A DNA stretch of 64,000 nucleotides. It comes from Octopus vulgaris (Eukaryota). The stretch lies in assembly GCA_951406725.2 (NCBI GenBank), contig OX597819.1, positions 48,918,001 to 48,982,000 on the forward strand, read 5' to 3'. The stretch's first letter is position 1. Every line of letters starts with the position of its first letter. A program made the translations under genes and the position numbers. The notes beneath the pieces are model-generated. The model saw nothing but the letters and a program-made list of their open reading frames with translations. It had not been told where the DNA came from and ran no database searches. This document shows positions 39,676 to 52,494 of the stretch, one piece after another.

Positions 39676-39878
39676 TATTAAAGTAATAAATTTAATGTCT
39701 GGTCATAGTGTGACCAATAGTTTTGCATCTACAAAGGCCTTAGCCTCGAGGACGTCTCATCAGACTCTAAAATGTCTTTGGCTTTAGAGTCTGATGAGAC
39801 ATCGGTGTGGCTAATGCTTTTGTGGATGTGAAATCATTAGTCACTCTATGAATGGGCATTAACTTTACTACTTTAATA
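39676..39878. repeat. Imperfect palindrome (~96-bp arms), Penelope-like inverted repeat
   Basis: 39676-39771 is the reverse complement of 39783-39878 with scattered mismatches. Confidence 0.8.
39785..39848 (+). ncRNA. Degenerate type I hammerhead motif with long stem II
   Basis: TAGAGT-CTGATGA-(39-nt region with ACATC/GATGT pairing)-GAAA-TCATTAG-TC-ACTCTA: stem I TAGAGT/ACTCTA and GUC triplet. A mirror copy lies on the minus strand at ~39706-39769. Confidence 0.55.
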
Positions 39879-39919
39879 ATATACATACATACATACATAT
39901 ATATATATATACCCAGGCC

Positions 39920-41125
39920 TATTCCCCATTTTTTCTTTTTAGGAGTGGGTAGCCACAATAAGACACACATCAGGCATTCCATTCATTTCCCGACTCAAAG
40001 GGGCAAGCCCCATTCTATGCTTGGGTCAAGGAATAGAATGCAACCCCCAATATCAGCAGCAGGGCCCGACAGCACATGCTGGCTCTGTACCCCTTTGAGC
40101 AACACCAAAAATTCACTCATCTGTCCACAAACACTCTCCAAGCTTTCCTATCATTTATTAACTCTCTTGCCTCTCTCACTGCAACACCTCTAATCTCTAA
40201 CCACCAAAGCTTTCCTACTCCATCCATCCACACAAACTGAGGTCTGCCTCTGGTTCTGCTGCCTACCACTTCAACCTTCATCACCCTCCTTACCATCCAC
40301 TCTTCAGCCATCCTCTCCATGTGGCTAAACCACCTCAACATTTGTCTAATTTGGTTGTTAGTTTTTCTCTTATTCCTGCTTGTCTTTGCACCTCCTCATT
40401 CCTCATCCTGTCCATCCATGTCCCACCAGCCATAGCCCTCAGACATATCAAACACATCCAATCGCTCCCTTTCTGCTTCTCTCAGTCTCCCCCCATCTTT
40501 GCACCATATAACGTTGTCATCACAATCACACCCTCATACTCAACCTTCTATCTCACAGCATATCTTTCACAACTCTAAGTATCTTACTCCCCTCCCTCAC
40601 TCTGTATCCCACCTCCACCATCACATGTGACCTCAGATACTTAAAAACACTCACCTCCTCTAACATCTCACCATTTATACTCACATCCATCCTACCAACC
40701 ATTCCATCTCTTGAACAACTCTTAGTTACATTCACTTTCTGTTTCTTCCTCTCACACACTCTTCCAAACTCTATCACCAGTCTCCTCAGATGCTCTTCCA
40801 AATCTGCCACCTGTGCTGTATCATCAGCAAACATCAACTGACTCACCTGCCATTTCTCTCCATTTTCCCCCACCATTTGGGCTCCCCTACTAAGGGTTCT
40901 AGCATTTACCTCTCTCACCACTCCATCCATATATAAATTAAACAGCCATTGAGACATCACACAACCCTGTCTTAACCCCACCTTCACATCAAACCGCTCA
41001 CTTACTTCACCACCCACCCTAATGCATGCCCTGCTTTCTCTATGAAAACTCTGAACAGCTCTCAACAATCTACCATCTACTCCATACAACCACAAAACCC
41101 ACCACATTGCATCCCTATCCACTAT
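39920..41125 (-). mobile_element. RTE-clade LINE RT C-terminal half (different family)
   Basis: GLRQGCVMSQWLFNLYMD, LMFADDT, FKYL, LRWFSHMERM, RGRP motifs with frameshifts. Confidence 0.9.
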
Positions 41126-41868
41126 ATTTTTTTGCAGAGACATGACCACACTAGTCTACAAAAGATATAGGCATGTATGCGTATTGTACTATGCTGCTAT
41201 GTTAGAAAGAGTTAGTCTAGTGAAGGAAAAAAGGATAAGCTTACATTTGTTTCGAAGTCCAACAGGACAATGATAGAGAGCTGGAGAAGGAGAAAGATAG
41301 AGAAAGCAAGAGTGAGGGACGGAGGAGCATAAAGATATCTAGACAGTGATATATGAACCAGCAAGCTGGAAGATATAGAATGAAGGAGAACGAGAGAGAT
41401 AGGGAAATGTGAACAAGCTGGAAGATATAGTTCTCTTGGTAATGAATTAAAAAAAAAAAGAAAAAATATCATTATATACATATAATTTACATACATATAA
41501 TGTGCATACATTATATACATACTCAGCGGTGGTGCCCCAGCATGGCCGCGGCCTTCGGGCTAAAACATTTTTAAGGATTTAAGGATATATATATAATGTA
41601 GTTTTTATCTACCAGATTTGTATGTAGTTTTTCTATCAAATTTCTATGTAGTTTTTATCTACCAAATTTATTCACAATGCATTGATCAGCCTAGGACTAC
41701 CATGTGGCTGCAGTAGGAAAACAGTAAATAGTTTCTCTTTTCTTTCTGTTTTTTTTTTAAGCAAAGAATTAACACAGATTTTCTACGGAATACCATTTGA
41801 CTTTTGGCAGTTGGAAAGAATGAATAGAATGCTTTCAATTTTAAGAACTGAATACTCTAGGTGTTTCA

Positions 41869-42088
41869 TTAACCCTATAGCATTTAAACTGGCCATATCT
41901 GGCCCAAACTTTTCTACTTGTTTTATGTTGAAACTGGCCAGATCTGCCTCACACCGACTTTAACAATGTCATTGTAAAAATCAACAATTACATCATTGAA
42001 ATCACAAAGCTCCAAGACAATGCATGATTAATTCAAATCAGTGTGAATGAATATGTATTTCATTTGACTGAGTAATTTGAAGGGTTAA
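41869..42088. mobile_element. piggyBac-type MITE (TTAA target)
   Basis: TTAACCCTATAGCATT...AGGGTTAA, colinear with 21349-21554. Confidence 0.8.
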
Positions 42089-42424
42089 TATATTGTCCCC
42101 TTGATGTACACTTAATTTTCAGAAAAATTTCATATGACTCTCTGACAAAGCTGAGTTTTCAAATTACAAACCCAGTCGCCATTTACCCATAAGGCATGTA
42201 TCAATAAGAGACTGTGATAGAAGATATGCTCGTAGTATCTACTATAGGAGACTATAGTAGAAGAGACTATGGCAGAAAATATTTATTCAAGCTATTATAT
42301 AGTAGTATTGAACTCAGGTCTTTGTAATTGAGAAGTGAATTTCTTAACCACATGGTGATGCAGCCATATTAATATTTTATATTAAAGGGATTAAATGCTT
42401 CTACTACCACAACCTACTCTGTCA

Positions 42425-42690
42425 GTAATGGCAATGAAGATTCCAGTTAATCCAATCAACGGAACAGCTTTCTTATGAAATTAACATGCAAGTGGTTGAG
42501 CACTCCACATGACATGGAGTGTGACAAGGCTGGCCCTTTGAATTACCGGTACAACTTATTTTTGCCAGCTGAGTGAACTGGAGCAACAAGAAATAAAGTG
42601 TCTTGCTCAAGGACACAACATGCCACTGGGAAGCAAACTCACAACCTTACAAGTGCGAGCTGAATACTCTGACCACTAAAACACATGCAC
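42425..42690 (-). mobile_element. tRNA-derived SINE (family D, CORE-like)
   Basis: Minus strand TAGTGGTCAGAG...GTTGTGTCCTTGAGCAAGACACTT. Confidence 0.65.
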
Positions 42691-43044
42691 TCTAGTGAAG
42701 GAAATTTGGCACATGGATATGTCATAGAGGTATCAATACAAACATAAAAATCACTAGTGAAATTAATTTTAGTTAATAGGAAAATATTTATCCACAGATA
42801 ATTCTAGTTTTGATAAGAATTAACTTTTTTATTGGTTTTCCTTCCATTTTAAACTTTTGTGTTTTGTGCAAAAAGACATTTTGGTGCTTATCCTAAAAAT
42901 TTTCAAAGTAAAAAGGTTTGTCATTCCTATAGTTAAAAAGATGACATTCTGAATGAAAAAGAAAAAAGAATGAACTTACAGGTTTTCCATTCTTGTGCTA
43001 TTATATGAAAAAAATGGATGTGTTACTACTGAGTTTGCTATGAA

Positions 43045-43203
43045 ATGGCTGTGTGGTTAAGAAGCTTACTTTGCTACTTATATGGATTCAGGTTCAGTTC
43101 CACTGCATGGCGTGTTGGCCAAGTGTCTTCTTCTATAGATCTAGGCCAACCAATCCTTTGTGAGTGAACTTGGTATATAGAAACTGTGTGGAAACCTGTT
43201 GTG

Positions 43204-43237
<34 letters not shown>

Positions 43238-43395
43238 TGTATGTATGTATGTATATAGTGTATGGGTTGCGTTTGTCCTCTCCATCACATAATTGGTGTA
43301 AGTCTGTTTACATTCCCATAATCTGCTAGTTTGATAAAAAAAATGAGTGTTGCCTCAGTATAGCTGCAGTCCAATGACTGAAACAAGTAAAAGAT
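43045..43395 (+). mobile_element. Family A SINE (older)
   Basis: A/B boxes, CORE-like segment and tail. Confidence 0.75.
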
Positions 43396-43420
43396 AAAAA
43401 AATAAAGTAAAAAGTATAAA

Positions 43421-43786
43421 AACAAGCACTCAGAGAGCACAAACCTCCACCAAGGCAACACCAATGTCCTCTCAATGATTAATCAGAGATGATTTTTAAA
43501 ATGAGAATATCTTAAATAAACTCAACTGCTCTCACAAACGAGAATACTAAAAATGAACCTGATGGCTCTCAAAACTTAAGTAAAAAAAAAGGAAAAATAA
43601 TCCAGAATCCTTGTCCGGTACTGGATCGATCACAAAATCTAATCAGTTTGTGCCAGTCATGAGGCCAAACATCCCTGAATGTTTCATCTGAATCCATCTA
43701 GCAGTTCTTGAGATATCTTGTCCATGGACAAAGAAACAAATGTGACTGAAAACAATACCTCCGCCTTCACTAAGGCAGAGGTAAAA
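43421..43786 (+). mobile_element. Non-autonomous Helentron-type (HINE/DINE-1-like) element
   Basis: Starts AACAAG in an A-run; subterminal ACCTCCACCAAGGC; ends in hairpin TACCTCCGCCTT-CACT-AAGGCAGAGGTA plus AAA. Confidence 0.6.
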
Positions 43787-44293
43787 GTTCATTTGATCAT
43801 AATCAAATGTGTTTATGTCAAATCTGTGGTTGATCTCACTCACTCCACACTTGAATATATCTGAAAATTGCCGGCATGAAATAAAGGAAATTGAAAGGGC
43901 TTTTGTCTAGAAGCGATCCTCTATTATGTATATAGCTTGAGTGAGGAGTCACTGCTATTCTCCAGTGTTTGCATTATGTGGCTGTGTGGTTAAGAAGGAA
44001 ACCTGCTTGCTAACCACATAGTTTCAGGTTCAGCCTCACTATGTGGCACCTTGAGTAACTTTTTTCTACTGCAGTTCAGGGCTCACTAAAGCTTTGTGAG
44101 TGGATTTGGTTGGTGGAAATTGGAAAAAGCTTGTTACACACGTGCGCGCACACACGCACACGCACACACACACACACACACACGTATGAACACAAGTGGG
44201 CTTCAAAATTCACAACAGCTGTTTCAGCACCATTTTATTGATGCAGTCTTAGATCACATCATGGCAAAAATTTGCCATCTTGTATTCTTCTTT

Positions 44294-44330
<37 letters not shown>

Positions 44331-44447
44331 TACACTTGGAACAATACCTGAGTTGGATCTAATTTGTTTGGGATTGGGTACCTTTGTGTATATATATACA
44401 TTTGTCTATGTGTATTCACATATAGATAGATGTATAGGTATATATAT

Positions 44448-44760
44448 ATGGCACGTAAAAAGCACCATCCGAATCGTGGCCGAAGCCAGTGCCACCTCGA
44501 CTGGCTTCCGTGCAGGTGGCACGTAAAATGCACCAATCCGACCGTGGCCGATGCCAGCCTCGCCTGGCACCAGTGCAGGTGGCACGTAAAAAGCACCCAC
44601 TACACTCACGGAGTGGTTGGCATTAGGAAGGCATCCAGCTGTAGAAACATTGCCAGATAAGACCGGAGCCTGGTGCAGCCTTCTGGCTTTCCAGATCCCC
44701 GGTCGAACCATGCAACCCATGCTAGCATGGAGAACGGATGTTAAACGATGATGATGATGA
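44448..44760 (+). mobile_element. Family E element
   Basis: Near-identical reverse complement of 39149-39465. Confidence 0.85.
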
Positions 44761-45395
44761 TATATATATATACGAGTCTTTATATTAATGGCACAACTTT
44801 AAATTGCTTTGGAGTATTGCAAGAACAGTATCTGGCCTTTCCTATCATCTCACTTGTTGAAAAACCTAGATTCTAACACATCCTGCAACTGAACTTTGTG
44901 TGTGTGTGTGTTACTGTTTCCTTATATGATAGTTGTAAATCTGTGTCACTATCATGCAAGATATGTTCTTTGTCTCCAATTTTCTGTGGAAACATGTCTG
45001 GTCATGGAGAGATATTACCTTACTTGGAAACTAGTGAGTCTTCATGTCAAGAAGAGCATCAGGCTGTAGAAAATACACCTCAACGAATTCCATCTGACCC
45101 ATGTGAGCATGAAAGAGTGAATGTTAAAATGATGTTGATATATACCTATATATTGGTATTCAGTGAAGATAAATTAGTTAGAAGTAATGAAAGTATTTCT
45201 TAGTTTATTTATACACAGGTATAAAAGGGCACCAAATTTTTTTAAAGACATAGAATTATATCTATAAACGTAATACCAGGCACTTGAGAATCAATTTCTG
45301 TGTTTTTGATAAAGGGAGCAACCACATTTTGTTTTACAGTAGGGCCACATCTTGATTGCTACATATGTACATGCGTACATGTACGCACACACGCA

Positions 45396-45427
<32 letters not shown>

Positions 45428-46169
45428 TTCTCTCTCTCCTTCCCGCCATGTTTGCAAATTTATACATGTATGCATACATGTGTGTGAAGGTAGATATATG
45501 CAAATATGGGTTGTTTTCTTGAGCAAAACACTTCATTTCACTTTGCTCTGTAAATCATTTTGGCATCTTATGTGTGACACACCATGCAGCTGTACAGGTA
45601 ATATCAACTTGATGGAGTTAGGAAGCTCATGTACACTTCAAACATTTGATAATCATAAGCAAATCATCTGTGCAAGTTGTTCAGCAAGAAATTCCGCAGC
45701 CTTCATCTGTCGTCTGCAACAGAAGTGTCCCCCACCCAACACTGTATGCATATATTGCATGTATGTCTCTATGTATGTACATTTATGTTGGTCACTCTGA
45801 AAGCCACTAGCAACGTGTATTCCAGTAGGTGTTGCTTGGTCAGCCTGTTGGCTATTAAACCAGCAACTTTACCAAAGCTTGCTTGGCACGGAGAATAGTT
45901 TTCATTAGACACCCTGCAGGGTGGAAAACAAAACTTTTCAAAATACAAATGAACTAAGTAGAGTCAATCCCCATCCATCAATTGGGAGTGAGTGACCCCT
46001 ATTCTTTGTTTAGACATTTCTCTAGGAGAAGGAAAATTCTGAAACAACACCTGTCTCATTGTTAAGACAGAGATCTTGCTCTTGTTTGTTTCTAGACTAC
46101 ATGGTTTTGTATGTGAGGTGTTGTACAAGATGTTAATGACTTTGAATTTCAGCATGGGAATTGCTGACA

Positions 46170-46330
46170 GCATGCATGCATGCATGCATGCATGCATGCA
46201 TGCATGCATGTATGTATGTATGTATGTATGTATGTATGTATGTATGTATGTATGTATGTATGTATGTATGCATGTATGTATGTATGTATGTATGCATGCA
46301 TGCATGCATGCACGCACGCACACATGCACA
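46170..46330. repeat. Compound (ATGC)n(ATGT)n(ATGC)n microsatellite
   Basis: Directly visible; source of several spurious MHAC/MYVC ORFs. Confidence 0.97.
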
Positions 46331-46489
46331 TTCGTTAGTTTGTTCGTTTGTTCATTCTTTCTTCTCTTTCCCTTTTTAATTTTTTGTAAATTTTGATTGG
46401 TTACCTATTTCGAAGCAAGGTTGTGAAATAAAACATTTTGTTTAACCATCATTATTTAAATCTTAAGAAGGTCTTGTCTCAGATATTGT

Positions 46490-46770
46490 GATCATTTTTA
46501 GCAGATTTGTGTTCTCTCCCCAAGATCTCAAGTTCAGCTGTACTTGGCTCCAGACAGGTTATAAAGTTGAAAGCGTATCTTGGGTACTGGATTTGCAAAC
46601 TCCTTGTTGACGGTCCATGGATATCCTCTTTCTCTTGTATTTTGCTTACCACATTGGTGTCCAGAGGGTAGCTGATTTCCACAATAGAACATATCTTTTC
46701 TTTATGGTACCACACAATGCCTGGCTGGTTGTGTTTCAACTTAGTGACTGTTTTAATTGTTAAGTTCTGC
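46490..46770 (-). mobile_element. Restriction-like endonuclease (RLE) domain remnant of an R2/R4/NeSL-group retrotransposon
   Basis: KHNQPGIV..CSIVEISYPLDTNVVSKIQEKEDIHGP resembles HNxPD..IExSxPxDxN..EK..Y. Confidence 0.6.
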
Positions 46771-46772
46771 AA

Positions 46773-46813
<41 letters not shown>

Positions 46814-46816
<3 letters not shown>

Positions 46817-47356
46817 GCCTTGATGCAGTACCAGGCAGTGGCTCTTGTGACTTCTGATCTTAACTGATTGGAAGTGTTATCATGTACATTATTTTGTCTT
46901 GGTATAAAAGATGGACTACAGCCAATATTCAGCTCAATACCACAGATTTGCTTGTCAGTTGTTTGACCGTAACCAGTTAAGCATGTCCCTTAGTGGCTGA
47001 CGATATGTGTATCTCTGATCACAAACAGAAGTAGTGGGGGAGCATCATAGCCATATGTTGAGAGGGATTATTTGGGGTTTGAATAATTCACCTCTGGAAA
47101 CATCCTTAAACAACCCTTATTCATGGACCTTTTGAGCGGGATGGGTTACTCGACCAGAAGAAAATTCTAACTTGGCCTCCACCTGCAAGGTGGTCATGTG
47201 CTGTTTATCCTGATATGAGATCACCATGCCGTGCATACGTGGTTGTGATGCATGTGCCTAGTGTACCCTTATCAGACGGGTAGTCATGATGGGTATACTG
47301 GGCTTCGTATATTTTACCCCAGTGTCACTTTGATGGCATGCACTGCTCTCTCACTC
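46814..47356. mobile_element. Unclassified ~540-bp element flanked on both sides by (AAT)n
   Basis: Higher-GC block between (AAT)n at 46777-46813 and 47357-47390. Confidence 0.5.
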
Positions 47357-47449
47357 AATAATAGTAATAATAATAATAATAGTAATAATAAAATTATTGT
47401 TTATAGTGCTCAGGTGCACTATGTATGTATGTTCAAGCATATACATATT

Positions 47450-49231
47450 CATATGTGCGCATGACGTATGTGTGTGTGTGTATACACACGCACGCACGCA
47501 CAGATTTATACACGTATACATGCATATTTACATATTCATAAATTCATGCACACGTATAAAGCACTTTGATCAACATTCTTCAATTAAGAATTATGTACCC
47601 TGAATACGTTTACTCATAACATTTACACAGTAAAAATCAGTGATTAGTGGGTGAAGTCGAAGTCAATTAAATAACTCTTAACTCCACCCGTACCCCCAAA
47701 TTACCGTTCTAAAGAAATTCATAACTGAAGTGTTATTAATGTAAAATTCTATAATATAAAAACATAAAAAATAAGATTTTACCTCATGAGTTATGTACCT
47801 TGAATGGCTGCGTAACTTAAATATTAGATTCTGTTACCACGCCACAAGTTAATTGATATATTTAATTGAATCAACTGCAATACATCACCAGTAATCATTT
47901 TATAGTCTTAATGGGGATGAAAGATAAAGTTTACAAATAGAGCGTATTCAACAGGTTTCACATAGTTTCCGTCTCTCCCATTGCCCTCACAATGCTTGCA
48001 TGTACGGATTGGACGACTGGATGCAGCTGTTTTGACGCTCTGACGGTTTGGCACGACTGGCTGGATTGCTTTGGAGAGAGTACTTTCTGGTGCTGGAGGC
48101 AAACGCATGCACGAATGTATGTGCAGAAATATACACTTGTAAATCGAAAAAGTGACATAGATAGATAGGGAGAGAGGGCAAGAGAGATTACTATTTTATT
48201 TAACATTGATTAGTATGAACGCTTTTCCTATCCTCACATAAACAGAAATAAACTCATAAACTGAGAGAAAGTGGGAGCGGACGTAAGAGGAAGCCAAAAT
48301 AAGCGGCGCCAAAATAGCTGTGCCAAAGCGTCTCATACCCAGGCATCTATTCATATTTTTTTTTATATAGTTAAAAGCTGTTATACACATAACTGTTGCT
48401 GAGAAGTTCTTGGCTGTTTTCGTTTCGACTGCACCCATTTGGAATGAATTATATATGTGTGTTTGTGTGTGAGACTTCCACTTGACAACCGGTGTTGGTT
48501 TGTTTACGTCCTTGTAAATTAGCGGTTCGACAAAGAGACCGATAGAATAAGTATCAGGCTTTAAAAAAATACTGGAATTTGGTCGACTAAGATGGTGCTC
48601 CAGCAAGGTCGCAGTCCTGTGACTGAAACGTGACGAAGATATATCTTATTTTTCTATAGTAGTATTTTTCTGTTGTTGTTTAAACCTAGGTTTAAACAAG
48701 GCATTTCAGTTGCAAACATCCTAGAAATCTACGACCAATATTAGCTGGTGTATCCATTTTTATGATGTGATTTGAAGGAGATTTGGCCGCTATTTCAAGA
48801 AGGTCGAATTGCCACATAGGGATTTCCCAGATTTCAAATGAATACATATTTTTAAAGGAAATTACGAAGTATTAAGTTTGACTAAATTACTTTTCCTAAG
48901 GGACTGTACTCATTTGAAAAGTTATTTCCCTTGAAAACATTTTTTTTTTTTACTCTTGCCAAATTAAAGGATAATTTGGATTTCTCTATATATTAATGTC
49001 GCTGTAACATATCTCGTTTGCTTTAAATGATATATATTATCAGTAAAATAATTTAGTGTACAACTTTCCAATATCGAATGCAGATTTTTTTTAGCATAAT
49101 AAGGATCCCATGATGGGATCAGTTTTGAGCCAACTCCTTATGTATATTCAGCTTTCTAATAAAAACTGTCACACACACAACTGTTGCTAAGAAATTCTTA
49201 GCTTGATTCGATCCCACTGCATATTGGAATA

Positions 49232-49267
<36 letters not shown>

Positions 49268-49450
49268 CCACACCATCACTTGACAACCAGTATTGGTTTG
49301 TTTATGTAGCTGTATTTTGTGAGTACATTTTAGTCATAAAACATTAATTTCGTATCTGCTGTAGGCTGGAGATAAATTTTGACTTTCGTTCATTTCCAGA
49401 CGTCATCACCTCAAATGGCATACCTGTACACCGTTTCCCCTTTATGATTC
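47450..49450. promoter_or_regulatory. CpG-retaining island, candidate promoter/first-exon region
   Basis: Non-repeat DNA here (especially 47940-48430) keeps many CpGs, while non-repeat DNA elsewhere is almost CpG-free by eye; TTTGGCGC at ~48305-48312 (minus). Confidence 0.45.
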
Positions 49451-49705
49451 CTTTATTTAATTCTCTTATCTTTCTGTTTTGTTCAGTGTACTGTGCCTGC
49501 ACTTCCTTCTTTACTTGGCTTATTGCTGCTTTCTTTTACTCTTTTCCAATGACTTGCAGTGCACCTCAGCACAATATACAAAAAGTTCATTGTTATTGTT
49601 CATAAATTACTCCTTTTACTGTACTACATGATAAAATCACCAGTTTGTATTTTTGTTTAAATAAAGGAACTTCAGCTGTTTTGACTGCACCATATTACAT
49701 GAAAT

Positions 49706-49965
49706 ACTCTTTTACTCTTTTACTTGTTTCAGTCATTTGACTGTGGCCATGCTGGAGCACTGCCTTTAGTCGAGCAAATCGACCCCAGGAGTTATTCTTT
49801 GTAAGCCTAGTACTTATTCTATCGGTCTCTTTTGCTGAACTGATAAGTTACAGGGATGTAAACATGCCAGCATTGGTTGTCAAGCGATGTTGGGGGAACA
49901 AACACAGACACACAAACATATACATGCACATACATACATACATACATATATATATATATACATAT

Positions 49966-50024
<59 letters not shown>

Positions 50025-50150
50025 ATGGGCTTCTTTCAGTTTCCATCTACCAAATCCACTCACAAGGCTTTGGTCGGCCTGAGGCTATAGTAGAAGATAC
50101 TTACCCAGGGTGCCACGCAGGCTACTTACCACACAGCCACTCCTGTGCCT
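49706..50150 (-). mobile_element. Family A SINE with expanded internal microsatellite
   Basis: Colinear with 7993-8403. Confidence 0.9.
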
Positions 50151-51399
50151 ATATGTTAGTTTTTTTGTTTTTTTTTCAATTATAATCTTTGTGAATATTA
50201 TTACTGCTATGGAGTAGTGAATTGATGATTTATTGGAAGTAGAAGAAAAAAATAATGTGAAGAACTAGTTATGAATAAAGGAGAGTCTTCTTTACATTCT
50301 AAATTAAAAGTGACAGGGAAAAACGTGGAATTATTGTCTGAACAGTAATCTTCCAATATTTCTAATTCATAATTGGCAAATTAAAAAAGAAATTGTCCAT
50401 AAGATATAATTAATTGTCTACCATCAGCAACATACTGCATAACTTGATATGCGGTGTGATAATGATGATGATTCTATTCTTTTTCTTGTGTATCCAATCT
50501 TAGCAGCTTTCTTTGTATTTCCTTAATATTCTCAAACTTAATTGATAATATAATAATAATGATCTTTCACCTATTTCCTTAATTTTATCATAATGTTCCT
50601 GTCTTTATATTAATGGCGCTGAGATGGTCCTTTCTTTGGTAATGTAGCAGGAAATAATTTACATCTATTATTTCCTGCTGTGTATTAAACTACTAGAAAC
50701 AAATCAATTCATTAAAGCTGCTCCACAAAAGAAATTGTTAATTAACTTTTAAAAACTTTTAATTTACTACCTTCAAAATGAATATTTATTCTGATGATGA
50801 TGATGTGGATACAGCTTTTATGTTCTACTGTTTACCATTCTAAGGACAGTTTCAAACAATAGCCAAAGATGTTAATAAACTGCCAAAATTAATGCATGCC
50901 GAGTGAAATGCTTAGCAGTATTTCATGTCCTTATGTTCTGAGTTCAAATTCTGTCGAAGTCGACTTTGCTTTTAATCCTTTTGGGACTTATAAATTAAGT
51001 ACCAGTTGCATACTGGGTTGATCTAATTAACTGGCCCCCTACCCCACAATTCTGGGCCTTGTGCCTGATGTAGAAAAGAAAAGATTATTATGTTGTCTTA
51101 GATTATACTCAGAGATGATGAAAATTAATAGATTTTTGATTCTTTTCAAAACTTTAATCAATCTGTTCCAATTTTGGGTGACCTTCGTGTTCTATGCATC
51201 TTTCCTCAAAACCATTACTCACTGGTACTGAAATAGTTGCTTGGACTATATCAGAAGAGATTAATCAATTAGTAAGGAGTTGAAGAATTAAGAAACTTGA
51301 AAAGCAGAACTTTAATTTTTCATGTATTTATGCTCATTTATTAACAAATTAATGTGGGGGACATATTTCAATTAAAAGAACCTTAGCGATATCTCTGAC

Positions 51400-51650
51400 A
51401 GTTGTGTTCTGCCACCCTGTGCAACCTGATTGATTAAAGGAGTGACTGGCATGTGTCCTACAGCACTGGATATTTTCAGTATCTTAGCAATTATCTCTGA
51501 TGATCCAGTTACTTTCCCTGCCTTTATATCCTTAATCATCCATTCAATCATACAGCTATTGACTTCAGTATTTGGTCCTTGTGTTGGGTGTTGAGTTTCT
51601 GTACTAACTCTTACTATTAACATATTCTCCAGTCATTTTCTACAGTGTGT
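51400..51650 (-). mobile_element. RTE LINE fragment
   Basis: IKDIKAGKVTGSSEIIAKILK is homologous to the KAPGPSGITAEM region of the 27715-29660 element. Confidence 0.6.
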
Positions 51651-52130
51651 TCCATTCTCTCTGAGCCTGTCAACTATCACCCAATCAACCTCACTTTCAA
51701 CTTCTCCCCCAGTAAATACATTTCCCTGCTAATGTCAAAATCTACAATTATACTCCTCCATTACAAATATTGGCCTTGTATTTGAAGAAGGAATTATTAC
51801 TTCTGATGGATCTATAGTACTTCTTTCTGGTGGGAAGCCCACTTTTAGAATAGATCACCCACACTCCTGCATGCTGTAAGAAGTGACTGAAGTAGCCAGT
51901 GACAGGAGAAGCTTTTGGTTGTAAAACATTGCCTAAGAGCCTAAGGAAAAAAAAACTGTCCAACACATGCCAGCATAGAAAAGCTGGCATAAAACACAAC
52001 AGTTGCTGATGTAGCTTCAGTATATCAGTCAGCTCTTCACTTACTACATTTGATGGCATAAAAATGGCATTTTAGATGCACCCTAATTTTAGCAATGCAT
52101 ATTCAGAAAAAAAAAAATTTTTTTAGTGCA

Positions 52131-52354
52131 TTAACCCTTTAGCATTTGAACAAGCCATTTAAACCAGCTGTAATCTGTTTTATATTCAAACTGGCCAGAT
52201 CCTACCTCTCACACCCACCCTACAATGTTATTCTAAAAATAAACAACCACACCATTGAGATCTCAAAGTTATAAGATAATGCATGATTGATTAAAAATAG
52301 TGTGAATAAATAAACATTACATTTGACTGAATAATCTGAATGCTAAAGGGTTAA
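52131..52354. mobile_element. piggyBac-type MITE (TTAA target)
   Basis: Perfect TIR TTAACCCTTTAGCATT / AATGCTAAAGGGTTAA. Confidence 0.85.
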
Positions 52355-52494
52355 AGCTTATAGGAGGCCAAAACTTTACTTATAAAGCCCAGGGTGATAT
52401 TTCGAGACATTTTTGTTTTTGAAAAAAAAAAAAAGAAAAGAAAAAAACCCCCAACAAAATACTGCATCTTATATATATATATATATATAATATA

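Noticed and set aside
40553-41149. 198-aa RT ORF as an active or domesticated gene, or a retron-like system
   Set aside because: 5'-truncated RTE fragment with deletions and downstream frameshifts.
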